DNA of 64,000 nucleotides from Gammaproteobacteria bacterium (GTDB lineage Bacteria; Pseudomonadota; Gammaproteobacteria; Natronospirales; JANNEA01): NCBI GenBank assembly GCA_031388175.1, contig JANNEA010000177.1, positions 9,076 to 73,075 of the forward strand, read 5' to 3'. Shown piece by piece: positions 27,377 to 39,654 of this stretch (position 1 is its first letter; each line of letters starts with the position of its first letter). The notes under the pieces were generated by a model. It saw only the letters and a program-made list of their open reading frames with translations, ran no database searches and was not told where the DNA came from. The position numbers and the translations under genes were made by a program.

Positions 27377-27981
27377 GCTGCCGCTCCCAACGCGAGCTCG
27401 GTGACGCGGCCACGCACGCCGAGCGCAAGGTGCGACGCGGTGACCACCGCCCCGCCCCGCGCCAGCTGCGCGTCGATCAGCGTCGCGACCACGCGCTGGC
27501 CCTGTTCGTCGAGGTGGGTGGTCGGTTCGTCGAGCAGCCAGAGCGCGGCACGGCTCAAGCTAAGCCGCGCTAGCGCGGCGCGGCGGCGCTGGCCAGCCGA
27601 CAGCTGCGCAACCGGCAGATCGGCGACCGCGGCGATGTCGAGTGTGACGAACGCCGCGTCTATCGCCGCGGCATCCGCCACGACTTCGTGCAGCGCACAC
27701 CAGGCGCGCAGGTTCTCGCGCGGCGTGAGCTCGCGCTTCAGCGCGTCGAGGTGACCGAGGTACATCAGCGTGGCGTCGTCGTGCAGCGTGCAAGCACCAG
27801 CGTCGGCGAGCCCGAGCCCGGCGACGACACGCAACAGCGTGGTCTTGCCGACGCCGTTCGGACCGCGGACCCACATCAGCTCGCCGGCGGCGACGCGGAA
27901 CGCGAGCGCACGAAACAAGCAACGCTCGCCACGCCAAACCGATAGCTCGCGGGCGTCGAGGATGGGATCGGCGTTGGACAT
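27373..27981 (-). CDS. ccmA: Heme ABC exporter ATP-binding protein CcmA
   Basis: Walker A GPNGVGKTTLL, signature LSAGQRRR and Walker B LWLLDEP. Confidence 0.9.
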   Translation of the reverse strand: MSNADPILDARELSVWRGERCLFRALAFRVAAGELMWVRGPNGVGKTTLLRVVAGLGLADAGACTLHDDATLMYLGHLDALKRELTPRENLRAWCALHEVVADAAAIDAAFVTLDIAAVADLPVAQLSAGQRRRAALARLSLSRAALWLLDEPTTHLDEQGQRVVATLIDAQLARGGAVVTASHLALGVRGRVTELALGAAA

Positions 27982-27992
27982 CGTTGGCAGGA

Positions 27993-28079
27993 TGGTGCCC
28001 GGAGCAGGACTCGAACCTGCACAGCCTAACGGCTCGCGGATTTTAAGTCCGCTGCGTCTACCGGTTCCGCCATCCGGGC
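27993..28079 (-). tRNA. tRNA-Leu (anticodon UAA), CCA encoded
   Basis: Hand-folded cloverleaf. Acceptor GCCCGGA/TCCGGGC, anticodon stem GCGGA/TCCGC with loop CTTAAAA, long variable arm, T arm GCAGG-TTCGAGT-CCTGC. 87 nt. Confidence 0.9.
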
Positions 28080-28110
28080 AGGTACCAGGGACGATGCTAA
28101 CGGATGCAGG

Positions 28111-28184
28111 TGGAGGCTAGGCCCGGAATCGAACCGAGGTACGCGGCTTTGCAGGCCGCTGCATGACCACTCTGCCACCTAGCC
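28111..28184 (-). tRNA. tRNA-Cys (anticodon GCA), CCA encoded
   Basis: Acceptor GGCTAGG/CCTAGCC, anticodon stem GCGGC/GCCGC with loop CTGCAAA, T loop TTCGATT. 74 nt. Confidence 0.9.
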
Positions 28185-28206
28185 GACGTCCTACTGGGGA
28201 TGGGTC

Positions 28207-28230
28207 GACCCCGAGGGCAGCCTCGGGGTC
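28207..28230 (-). other. 10-bp GC-rich hairpin in the tRNA-Gly/tRNA-Cys spacer
   Basis: GACCCCGAGG-GCAG-CCTCGGGGTC perfect inverted repeat read directly from the sequence. Likely an RNA processing or structure element. Confidence 0.4.
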
Positions 28231-28242
28231 ACCAACAAACTA

Positions 28243-28318
28243 TGGAGCGGGAAACGAGGCTCGAACTCGCGACCTCAACCTTGGCAAGGTTGCGCTCTAC
28301 CAACTGAGCTATTCCCGC
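28243..28318 (-). tRNA. tRNA-Gly (anticodon GCC), CCA encoded
   Basis: GCGGGAATAGCTCAGTTGGTAGAGCGCAACCTTGCCAAGGTTGAGGTCGCGAGTTCGAGCCTCGTTTCCCGCTCCA. Classic cloverleaf, 76 nt. Confidence 0.92.
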
Positions 28319-28361
28319 GCAGGAGGGCCGGTATTCTAGGGGCGGCCCTCGCAGAGTCAAG

Positions 28362-28955
28362 TCAGCCGGCGGTCAAGCGCGGCCAAGCGGCGCGCAGATA
28401 GGCCCAGGCCGACCAGATGGTCAGCACCGTCGCGATCAGCAGCAACAGCAGCCCAGTGTCGTAGAGGCTGACCCCGGCCACCGGCCAGAACAGCGAATCG
28501 TTGCGATACAGCAGGAAGCCGATCGCGGTCATCTGGAAGATGGTCTTGAGCTTGCTGAGCCCGGCGACCGCGATGACCTCGCCCGCGCCGCTGTGCGCCA
28601 ACCACTCGCGCAGCGCCGACACCAGCATCTCGCGGCTGATGATCACGATCGTGGGCAGCACCAGCCACAGGCGTGGGTCGTACTGCACCAGCAGCACCAA
28701 TGCGGTGACCACCATCAGCTTGTCCGCCACGGGGTCGAGGAAGGCGCCGAAGCGCGACACCACGTTCCACTTGCGCGCGTAGAAGCCGTCGAGCCAGTCG
28801 CTCAGCGCCGCGGCGCTGAAGATGAAGCAGCAGATCGGCCCGGTGCTCGGCTCGAGCGCGGTGTAGGGCAGCCCGTAGAACGCGATGATCAGCAGCCCGA
28901 CCGCCCAGATCCGGCCCCAGGTCATCGCCAAGACGATATTGCGCTTGCTGCTCAC
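28362..28955 (-). CDS. pgsA: CDP-diacylglycerol--glycerol-3-phosphate 3-phosphatidyltransferase
   Basis: CDP-alcohol phosphatidyltransferase motif DWLDGFYARKWNVVSRFGAFLDPVADK. GTG start at 28955 overlaps the uvrC stop. The N-terminus aligns with E. coli PgsA (NI..L...R). Confidence 0.9.
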   Translation of the reverse strand: MSSKRNIVLAMTWGRIWAVGLLIIAFYGLPYTALEPSTGPICCFIFSAAALSDWLDGFYARKWNVVSRFGAFLDPVADKLMVVTALVLLVQYDPRLWLVLPTIVIISREMLVSALREWLAHSGAGEVIAVAGLSKLKTIFQMTAIGFLLYRNDSLFWPVAGVSLYDTGLLLLLIATVLTIWSAWAYLRAAWPRLTAG

Positions 28956-30802
28956 TCTTGGCCCTCGTGGATGTAGCCTTCGTGGAAGAGGCCATGGATG
29001 CGTCGCGCCAGTTCGCGCGAGATGCCCTTCGCTTGCATCAGGTCCTCGACGCCAGCGCGCGCTACACCCTGCAGACCGCCGAACCGCTTGAGCAGTTCAG
29101 CACGGCGGCGTGGCCCGAGACCCGGCACCGTCTCGAGTGGCGAGGTGGTGCGCGCCTTCGCCCGTCTGGCTCGCATGCCGGTGATCGCGAAGCGATGCGC
29201 CTCATCGCGGACCTGCTGCACCAGGTGCAGCGCCGGCGAGTCGGGCGGCAGTATAGCCGTGGACCCGGTCGGCGCATCAGCGGCCGCGAGCCCGGCGCCG
29301 AGCACCAGCGTTTCGAGCCCAGGTCGTCGGCTTGCACCCTTGGCCACGCCGACGATCGGCACGCCATGGATGCCCTGTTCCTGCAACACCGCCTGCGCCA
29401 CGCCGAGCTGGCCACGACCGCCGTCGATGAGCAGAAGGTCCGGGATCGGCGCTTCCCCCTTCTTGAGCCTTGCATAGCGGCGTGCCAGCGCCTCGCGCAG
29501 CGCGCCGTAATCATCGCCGCCGGCCGCATTGATGTTGAAGCGCCGATATTCGGCCTTGGCTGCGACGCCGTCGACGAACACCACGCAAGAGGCAACCGTC
29601 GCCTCGCCCTGGGTATGGCTGACGTCGAAGCATTCGATGCGCCTCGGCACGGCCGGCAGTCCCAACGCCTCCGCCAGCGCCGCGAGGCGCTGCTGCGCGC
29701 TGGCGTCCTCGGCGAGCCTCATGCGGATCGCATCACGCGCGTTGTCGCGGGCGTGTGCGAGCCAACTGGCGCGTGTGCCGCGCACGCGGTGCTTCACCAG
29801 CACCCTGCGCCCGGCCTGGGCCGAGAGCATCGCCGCGATGAGCGCCGGATCCTCCGGCGCCGCCGACAGCAGCAGTTCGTGGGGCACCGGCTTGCCCGGG
29901 TAGTACTGCGACACGAACGCGTCGAGCACCTCACCGGGCGCAGTGCCCGCCGCCACGCTCGGGAAGAACGTGCGCGTGCCGAGGTTGCGGCCACCGCGGA
30001 TGAAGGTCGCGGCGATGCAGGTCAGGCCGCTCGCTTCTGCCATCGCGATCGCGTCCGTATCCTCGGTCACTCCGGTCACCCGTTGATGTTCCTGCAGGCT
30101 GCGCAGTCGTCGGACCCGGTCACGCAGTTCCGCCGCCGCCTCGAAGCGCTGCGCGCTCGCGGCCGCCTCCATCCGCAGCACCAGGCCGTCGACCACCGCC
30201 TCATCGCGGCCTTCGAGAAAGCGCACTGCGTCGTCGACGTCAGCAGCGTACTCAGTCGTGGTCACCAGGCCCACGCAGGGCGCCGAGCAGCGGCCGATCT
30301 GGTGCTGCAGGCAGGGCCGACTGCGCGCGCTGAAGAAGGTGTCGTTGCAGTCGCGCAGCCGGAACAGGCGCTGCAGGTGGTTGAGCGATTCGCGCACCGC
30401 ACCGGTGCTCGGATAGGGGCCGAAGTACCTGCCGCCCTCGCGCCGCGCACCACGGTAGAACTCGAGCCGCGGATAGGCGTGCGCAGTGAGGTGCAGGTAG
30501 GGATAGGACTTGTCGTCCCGCAGCAGCACGTTGTAACGCGGCCGATGCGCCTTGATCAGGTCGTTCTCGAGCAGCAGCGACTCGGTCTCGGTGTGCGTCA
30601 CCGTGACCTCGACTGTCGCGGTCTGCGCCATCAACGCCACTGTCTTGGCCGAACCGGGATTCCGCCTGAAATACTGGGCGACGCGACGCTTGAGGTTGCG
30701 CGCCTTGCCGACGTAGAGGATGCGGCCGCCGGCGTCGAGCATCCGGTACACGCCGGGCCCGGCCGACAGCGTCGCGAGGAAGCGCTTGGGTTCGAAGCTC
30801 AC
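28952..30802 (-). CDS. uvrC: Excinuclease ABC subunit C
   Basis: GIY-YIG domain (GVYRMLDAGGRILYVGKARNLKRRV), UVR and endonuclease V-like domains and a C-terminal (HhH)2 region. GTG start. Confidence 0.9.
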   Translation of the reverse strand: MSFEPKRFLATLSAGPGVYRMLDAGGRILYVGKARNLKRRVAQYFRRNPGSAKTVALMAQTATVEVTVTHTETESLLLENDLIKAHRPRYNVLLRDDKSYPYLHLTAHAYPRLEFYRGARREGGRYFGPYPSTGAVRESLNHLQRLFRLRDCNDTFFSARSRPCLQHQIGRCSAPCVGLVTTTEYAADVDDAVRFLEGRDEAVVDGLVLRMEAAASAQRFEAAAELRDRVRRLRSLQEHQRVTGVTEDTDAIAMAEASGLTCIAATFIRGGRNLGTRTFFPSVAAGTAPGEVLDAFVSQYYPGKPVPHELLLSAAPEDPALIAAMLSAQAGRRVLVKHRVRGTRASWLAHARDNARDAIRMRLAEDASAQQRLAALAEALGLPAVPRRIECFDVSHTQGEATVASCVVFVDGVAAKAEYRRFNINAAGGDDYGALREALARRYARLKKGEAPIPDLLLIDGGRGQLGVAQAVLQEQGIHGVPIVGVAKGASRRPGLETLVLGAGLAAADAPTGSTAILPPDSPALHLVQQVRDEAHRFAITGMRARRAKARTTSPLETVPGLGPRRRAELLKRFGGLQGVARAGVEDLMQAKGISRELARRIHGLFHEGYIHEGQE

Positions 30803-30821
30803 GCGGGCGGCGCTTGCGCCG

Positions 30822-32165
<1,344 letters not shown>

Positions 32166-32202
32166 GGTTCAGGTCTCCGGCGGGTGGCGGCGCGAGGATA
32201 AC

Positions 32203-33950
32203 TCAGGTGCGCACGCGGCCGCGCGCATCGGCGACGAACGCAGCGTAGGCCGCCTCAAGCGCCTGCGCCATGGCACGCGCGTCGAACAGCAGCGTGCTGG
32301 CGCGTCGCGCATCGAGCGTGGCGCGCAAGGCCGCCGCATCGGCGCGGGTGATTGCGCTTGCGCGTGCGACGTAGGCGGCGCGATCGCCGGCCACCAGCGC
32401 GTGCAGCTCCAGCGTCTCGAGCAGACTCGCGGCGACGCGCGACGCGAAGGTGGCACCGGGCGCGGTCAACACCGGGCAACCCATCCACAGCGCGTCGCTG
32501 GCAGTGGTGTGCGCGCCATAGGGCGCCGTGTCGAGGAACAGGTCGGCGACGAGGTAGCGCGCCAGGTACTCTCGCTGCGGAGCCTGCGGCGCGAACACGA
32601 TGCGCTCGGGTGCGACGCCCTGATCTGCGGCGGCGCGCTGCAAGCGTTCGGCGATCCCATGACCGGGCTTCGGCTCGAGCAACCACAGCACGGCGTCCGG
32701 CCGCGCGCGCAGGATCGCCAGCCAGTCGGCGAAGCGCTCGCGCGTGAGCTTCCAGGAGTTGTTGAAGCAGCAGTACACCATGGCGTCGCCTGGCAGCCCG
32801 AGCGCCGCGCGATCGGGTGCTGCGCGCGGCCGTGGCCGCGCGGGATCATTGGGTTGGTAGCAGGGCAAGCGCCACACGCGTTCTGCGCAGTCGGCTTCCG
32901 CGCCGATCGGCGTCACCACCGCGTCACCGAGCAGCCAGTCCCAAGCCGATGCGCCGAGCGTGCCGGGATAACCGAGCCAGTTCACCTGGATCGGTGCGGG
33001 GCGCATCAGGAACAGGTCGGTGCGCGCGTCGGCGGTGTGACCCTTGAGGTCGACCAGCACCTGCACCCGATCGGCACGGACTCGTTCAGCGATCCGTATC
33101 GACGGTTCGCCACGCAGGTCATGGAACACCGCGCAGGCGCCGCGCAGCCGCGCGCGCACGGCGCTGCCGTCGTCCGGTCCCCAGCTGTAGAGATGGACCT
33201 CGAACCTGCTGCGGTCATGCGCTTCGAGCACGCCTGCGATCAGGTGCGCGGTCGGGTGGTCGTGGAAGTCGGCGCTCGCGTAACCGACGACGATGCGGCC
33301 ATCGTCGCGTTGCGGCAGTGGCGGGCATGCCGCGACCCTCCCGCTGCCCTCGCACCACGCGGCGGCGATCCGGCGTTGCTCGGCCGGCGTTCCTGGCTCG
33401 GCGAGGAACACGAAGGGTGTCAGGCCCTGCACCTCGCGGGCGAGCGCCGAGCGGAAGCGCGCACCGAGCGACTCGGCTTCATCCCAATCGCAGCACTGCT
33501 TGGCCAGATAGAGCGCCTCGGACAACGCCGGCCCATGCTCCGGTGCCGCCTCGAGCGCAGCGCGATAGGCCGCGCGCGCGTCTGCCCAACGACCGCCGCG
33601 GTCAAGGCCGACGCCGAGCGCGTAATTAAGGTCAGGGCTCGTCACCCCCCGCGCCAACGCAGCACGCGCGACCTCCGCCGCGTCAGCGAAACGTTCCTGG
33701 GCGTGGAGGATGGCGGCGAGGTTCGCGTGCGCCTGCGCGAGCGTGGGTGCGGCGAGCACCAACTGCCGCGCGTAGCGTTCCGCACCCGCAAGATCGCCGT
33801 GCGCGAGCCGCACGCCCGCCAGGTTCGCGAGCGCGCTCAGCGCCGACGGCTCGGCAGCGAGCAACTCGAGATAGAGGCGTTCGGCGTCCGCCAGGCGCCC
33901 AGCGCGCTGCGCCGCGAGCGCCGCGGCGAACCCGGCCTTGAGGTCGGTCA

Positions 33951-33951
<1 letters not shown>
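32203..33951 (-). CDS. TPR-containing GT41 glycosyltransferase (O-GlcNAc transferase / SPINDLY-like)
   Basis: N-terminal TPRs, then a GT41 catalytic region (VGYASADFHDHPTAHL, QVNWLGYPGTLGA, CFNNSWKLT, DLFLDTAPYGAHTTASDALWMGCPVLT). Start ATG 33951 (MTDLKAGF) overlaps the DAHP synthase stop by 1 nt. The track ORF extends to 34134. Confidence 0.75.
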
Positions 33952-35378
<1,427 letters not shown>

Positions 35379-35503
35379 GTTAGCGGGTACTCGCGGGGTG
35401 GTGCCGCGCAGTCCCTTCGGGCAGAATGCGCGCCCTCTCAGTCCGGTTCGCACTGCGTAACAGCCGCCGCGCCCGGCCAACCAGTAGTCCACGGAGTACT
35501 CGC

Positions 35504-36667
35504 ATGCACCGCGTCCTCGTCCTCGGGTCCGGCAAGATCGGCTCGCTCATCTCCGGCCTGCTCGCCGAATCCGGCGCCTACCAGGTCGACCTCGCCGACG
35601 TCTCGGCCGCCTCGGCCCAGGCAGTCGCCGAAGCCCACGGCCTCAAGAACATCACCGCGTACAGCGTCGATGCCACGAACCCCGCCGCGCTCGACGCGCA
35701 CCTCGCCAAGCACAAGGTCGAGGCGGTGATCTCGTCGCTGCCCTACCAGTGCAACCGCACGGTGGCCGAGGCCTGCCGCAAGCACGATCTGCACTACTTC
35801 GACCTGACCGAGGACGTCGAGACCAGCCGCGCGGTGGTCAGGATCGCCGCCGGCGCCAAGACCGCGTTCGCGCCGCAGTGCGGGCTGGCCCCCGGCTTCA
35901 TCTCGATCGCCGCCAACGAGCTGATCAGCCATTTCGACGAGGTGCACGACGCCAAGCTGCGCGTGGGTGCGCTGCCGCAGAACCCGAACAACGCACTCAA
36001 GTACTCGCTCACCTGGTCGACCGACGGCCTGATCAACGAGTACGGCAACACCTGCTACGGGCTCATCGAAGGCAAGTACGCGCCGCTGCAGCCGCTCGAG
36101 GGCATGGAGACGATCCAGCTCGACGGCGAGCTCTACGAAGCGTTCAACACCTCGGGTGGCTTGGGCTCGCTGGCCGAGACCTACGCCGGTCGCGCGCGCA
36201 ACATGTCGTACAAGACCATGCGCTACCCCGGCCACTGCGCCGCGATGCAGTTGCTGATGTTCGACCTGCAGCTCAACCAGGACCGCGACACGCTGAAGCG
36301 CATCCTCGAGAAGGCAGTGCCGAAGACGCTGCAGGACGTGGTGTTGATCTACGTCTCGATCACCGGCAAGCAGAACGGCGAACTGCTGGAGGAGAACTTC
36401 GTGCGCAAGGTCTACCCGCAGCAGATCGCGGGCCGGCTGTGGGGCGCGATCCAGGTGACCACCGCCGCCGGCGTCACCGCTGTGGTCGACCTCGTGCTGT
36501 CGAACCCGAGCGCTTACAAGGGCTTCGTCACGCAGGAGCAGTTCAAGCTCGGCGCGGTGCTCGACAACCGCTTCGGCAAGTACTACGCGATGAAGGACGG
36601 CGCCGAGATCTCGGCGCGCCTCGTGGCCACCGGCCAGACCGGCAAGCAGCGGCGCAAGAGCGCTTGA
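35504..36667 (+). CDS. Saccharopine dehydrogenase-family oxidoreductase (lysine catabolism candidate)
   Basis: Rossmann N-terminus [16 protein letters not shown] and a saccharopine-DH C-terminal domain pattern. ATG 35504 is preceded by GGAG. The track ORF starts earlier at 35426. Confidence 0.7.
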   Translation: MHRVLVLGSGKIGSLISGLLAESGAYQVDLADVSAASAQAVAEAHGLKNITAYSVDATNPAALDAHLAKHKVEAVISSLPYQCNRTVAEACRKHDLHYFDLTEDVETSRAVVRIAAGAKTAFAPQCGLAPGFISIAANELISHFDEVHDAKLRVGALPQNPNNALKYSLTWSTDGLINEYGNTCYGLIEGKYAPLQPLEGMETIQLDGELYEAFNTSGGLGSLAETYAGRARNMSYKTMRYPGHCAAMQLLMFDLQLNQDRDTLKRILEKAVPKTLQDVVLIYVSITGKQNGELLEENFVRKVYPQQIAGRLWGAIQVTTAAGVTAVVDLVLSNPSAYKGFVTQEQFKLGAVLDNRFGKYYAMKDGAEISARLVATGQTGKQRRKSA

Positions 36668-36669
36668 AG

Positions 36670-38217
36670 ATGGCACTCGACGTCAAAGCACTCCTCGCCG
36701 CGCTCGACCTCAAGGACGAGAACCCAGGTGCATTCGCCCCGGTATCAGGTTGGTCAACGGCCAAGGACACTCCGCTTATAGAGTCCCGCAGTCCTGCCAC
36801 CGGTGAGCTGATCGCCAAGGTCCGCTCGGCCTCGGCCGCCGACTACGACGCGATCGTGCGCGAATCCGAAGAGGTGTTCCGCGCCTGGCGCGAGGTGCCG
36901 GCGCCGAAGCGCGGCGAACTCGTGCGCCTGCTGGGCGATGAGCTGCGCAAGCACAAGGACGCCTTGGGCAGTCTGGTCGCGCTCGAGATGGGCAAGATCA
37001 AGGCCGAGGGCGACGGCGAGGTGCAGGAGATGATCGACATCGCCGACTTCGCGGTCGGCCAGTCGCGCATGCTCTACGGCAACACCATGCATTCCGAACG
37101 CCCCGGCCACCGCATGTACGAGCAGTGGCATCCGCTGGGCGTGGTCGGCGTGATCTCGGCGTTCAACTTCCCAGTGGCCGTGTGGGCCTGGAACGCCTGC
37201 CTGTCCGCGATCTGCGGCAACGCCACGGTCTGGAAGCCTTCGCCCAAGACCCCGCTGTGCGCGGTCGCGGTGCAGAAGATCGTGAACCACGTGCTCGAGC
37301 GCCATGGCTACCCGGGCGTGTTCTCCTTCTATGTGGATGCCGACAACGCGCTGTCGCAGAAGATGGTCGAGGACCACCGCTTCCCGCTGGTGTCGTTCAC
37401 CGGCTCCACCGCGGTCGGCCGCAAGGTCGGCCACACGGTGCAGGCCCGCTTCGGCCGCGCCCTGCTCGAGCTCGGCGGCAACAACGCAATCGTGGTGGAT
37501 GAGAGCGCGGACCTGAAGTTGGCCGTGCCCGCGATCGTGTTCGGCGCGGTCGGCACCGCCGGTCAGCGCTGCACTTCGACCCGGCGCCTGATCGTGCACG
37601 AGTCGCTCGAGGTCAAGCTGGTCGAGGCGCTGAACAAGGCCTACGGCCAGGTGAAGGTTGGCGACCCGCTTGAGGCTGGCACGCTGATGGGCCCGCTCAC
37701 CGACGACGGCGCGGTCAAGCGCTTCGAGAAGGCCGTTACCGATGCGGTCGCCGCGGGTGGCGAGCTCGTCACTGGCGGCAAGCGCAAGCAGATCGCAGGC
37801 AAGGCGGGACACTTCGTCGAGCCGACGATCATCCGCAAAGCGAAGAACGAATGGCCGGTCGTGCAGACCGAGACCTTCGCTCCGATCCTCTACGTGATGA
37901 CCTTCAAGACCATCGACGACGCGATCGCGTTGCACAACGGCGTGCCGCAGGGCCTCTCGTCGGCAATCTTCACGATGAACCTGCGCCACGCCGAGCGCTT
38001 CCTGTCCGCCACCGGTTCGGACTGCGGCATCGCGAACGTGAACATCGGCACCAGTGGTGCCGAGATTGGTGGCGCCTTCGGCGGCGAGAAGGAGACCGGC
38101 GGTGGCCGCGAATCAGGCTCCGACGCCTGGAAGCAGTACATGCGCCGCCAGACCAACACCATCAACTGGTCGACCCAGTTGCCGCTGGCTCAGGGCATCA
38201 AATTCGACTTGGGCTGA
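36670..38217 (+). CDS. Aldehyde dehydrogenase, ALDH7 / piperideine-6-carboxylate dehydrogenase-like
   Basis: ALDH motifs ([31 protein letters not shown]). The N-terminus [14 protein letters not shown] is typical of the AmaB/ALDH7 group. ATG 36670 lies 2 nt after the upstream stop. The first 307 codons of the track ORF 35749..38217 are a spurious extension. Confidence 0.8.
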   Translation: MALDVKALLAALDLKDENPGAFAPVSGWSTAKDTPLIESRSPATGELIAKVRSASAADYDAIVRESEEVFRAWREVPAPKRGELVRLLGDELRKHKDALGSLVALEMGKIKAEGDGEVQEMIDIADFAVGQSRMLYGNTMHSERPGHRMYEQWHPLGVVGVISAFNFPVAVWAWNACLSAICGNATVWKPSPKTPLCAVAVQKIVNHVLERHGYPGVFSFYVDADNALSQKMVEDHRFPLVSFTGSTAVGRKVGHTVQARFGRALLELGGNNAIVVDESADLKLAVPAIVFGAVGTAGQRCTSTRRLIVHESLEVKLVEALNKAYGQVKVGDPLEAGTLMGPLTDDGAVKRFEKAVTDAVAAGGELVTGGKRKQIAGKAGHFVEPTIIRKAKNEWPVVQTETFAPILYVMTFKTIDDAIALHNGVPQGLSSAIFTMNLRHAERFLSATGSDCGIANVNIGTSGAEIGGAFGGEKETGGGRESGSDAWKQYMRRQTNTINWSTQLPLAQGIKFDLG

Positions 38218-38232
38218 AACGACGCTCGCGCG

Positions 38233-39156
38233 TCACTTCCACGTCTTCCCGCGCTGCCTGACCAATCCCTCGTAGACGATGCCTGACCACTCGTCCGGCG
38301 TGAAGTAGCCCTTGCCCCACTTCGCGTCGAACTCGGCGGTGAGCTTCAGCGCCTTCACCTGTTCGACCGTCTTGCCCTGCTTGATCGCCTTCTTGAAGCG
38401 CGGCGCCAGCGTCGCGAGCATCTCGCGGTAGACCTTGAGCTCGGCCTTGTTCGACAGCGGACCGTGGCCGGGGATGACCGCGCTCTGGTCATCGAGCAGG
38501 GGCAGCACGTGGTCGATCGCGGCGATCATGCCGTCGATGTGGCCGCCCGAGCCGTAGTCGATCACCGGGTAAAGCCCGTTGAAGTAGAGGTCGCCCATGT
38601 GCACGGCGTTGGCGCCCTTGAAGATCACGACGCTGTCGCCGTCGGTGTGAGCCGGCGGCAGGTTGATGGCCTCGATGTCATAGCCGTTGACATGGAACGT
38701 CACCTGGCCGTCGAAGGTGATGACCGGCAAGGCGACGCCGGGTGCCGGCGGTACCTCGCGCTTGAACGCCTCCATGAAGCCGCCCGCCGCCATGCGCCGG
38801 CGTACACCCGCAGCGGCGACGATCAGCGCACCCTGCTTGCCCAAGTTCTCGTTGCCGCCGGTGTGATCGCCGTGCCAGTGCGTGTTGAGCACGAAGCGCA
38901 CCGGCTCGTCGGAGAGCATCGCCAGCGCGGCGCGGATCTTCGGCGTGAGCGGTGCGTACTGGTCGTCGATCAGGATCACGCCGTCGTCGCCGAACGAGAC
39001 GCCGATGTTGCCGCCGCGCCCGCTCAGCATGACGATGCGCTCAGCCACCGGCACGACCTCGATCTTGACCTCGTCCATCGGGTTCGCTGCTGGTCCTGCT
39101 AGCGCTGCAGCTGTGAACATCAGGACGAGTGCCATCAGGGCGTGGCGCATGTGCAT
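38233..39156 (-). CDS. Secreted MBL-fold metallohydrolase
   Basis: Signal peptide (ALMALVLMFTAAALAGPA) and HxHxDH motif (NTHWHGDHTGGN). Confidence 0.8.
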   Translation of the reverse strand: MHMRHALMALVLMFTAAALAGPAANPMDEVKIEVVPVAERIVMLSGRGGNIGVSFGDDGVILIDDQYAPLTPKIRAALAMLSDEPVRFVLNTHWHGDHTGGNENLGKQGALIVAAAGVRRRMAAGGFMEAFKREVPPAPGVALPVITFDGQVTFHVNGYDIEAINLPPAHTDGDSVVIFKGANAVHMGDLYFNGLYPVIDYGSGGHIDGMIAAIDHVLPLLDDQSAVIPGHGPLSNKAELKVYREMLATLAPRFKKAIKQGKTVEQVKALKLTAEFDAKWGKGYFTPDEWSGIVYEGLVRQRGKTWK

Positions 39157-39162
39157 ATCCTT

Positions 39163-39654
39163 TCAGGGAAGTTCTTCGAACCGATTGCGCACCTGGTCCT
39201 TGCGCACCTTGTCGCCAGCGTAGACGCGACCGTTGACCACCACCCAGACGCCCGGTGGCAGCGTCCAGACCGCGGCCACCGCACCACCGAGGTTGAACAC
39301 CGCATCGGTCCAACGGAAGCGCGCCGGGTAGAGCGCGCCGGTGAGCACCACCACCTTGTCGAGGATGCCGAGCAGCGCCTTGGCCGTCTCGGGCATCGTG
39401 TCGGTGCCATGGGTGACGATGACGTGGCGCTCGGGCGCCGCCTCGACCGCCACGCGGATCGCGGCGCGGTCGGCATCGGTCAGCTCGAGGCTGTCCTTCT
39501 TCATCAGGCTCACGACCTCGAAGTCGAAACCGACCTCGCTCTCCTCGAACATGTGCGCCACCACCGGGTCGCCGACCTCGTAACTCGACTTGGCGTCGAA
39601 GTACACCTTGTCGATTGTGCCGCCGGTGCAGATCACCCGAAGCCGCGGTCTCAT
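39163..39654 (-). CDS. Asparaginase N-terminal-domain-only protein (163 aa)
   Basis: VICTGGTIDK and VTHGTDTM catalytic-threonine motifs of the asparaginase/glutaminase family. No C-terminal domain and no signal peptide. The ATG overlaps the upstream stop by 1 nt. Confidence 0.7.
   Translation of the reverse strand: MRPRLRVICTGGTIDKVYFDAKSSYEVGDPVVAHMFEESEVGFDFEVVSLMKKDSLELTDADRAAIRVAVEAAPERHVIVTHGTDTMPETAKALLGILDKVVVLTGALYPARFRWTDAVFNLGGAVAAVWTLPPGVWVVVNGRVYAGDKVRKDQVRNRFEELP

Noticed and set aside
27993-28318. The tRNA Gly/Cys/Leu cluster as a possible genomic-island integration site.
   Set aside because: No integrase, no direct repeat of a tRNA 3' end and no compositional break were seen. 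The flanking genes (pgsA, uvrC, ccm) are core, and uvrC-pgsA-Gly-Cys-Leu is ancestral synteny shared with E. coli.
35749-38217. An 822-aa ORF that looks like a giant fusion protein.
   Set aside because: Its first 307 codons or so run out of frame across the saccharopine dehydrogenase gene and are low complexity. The aldehyde dehydrogenase homology begins at ATG 36670 (MALDVKALL).
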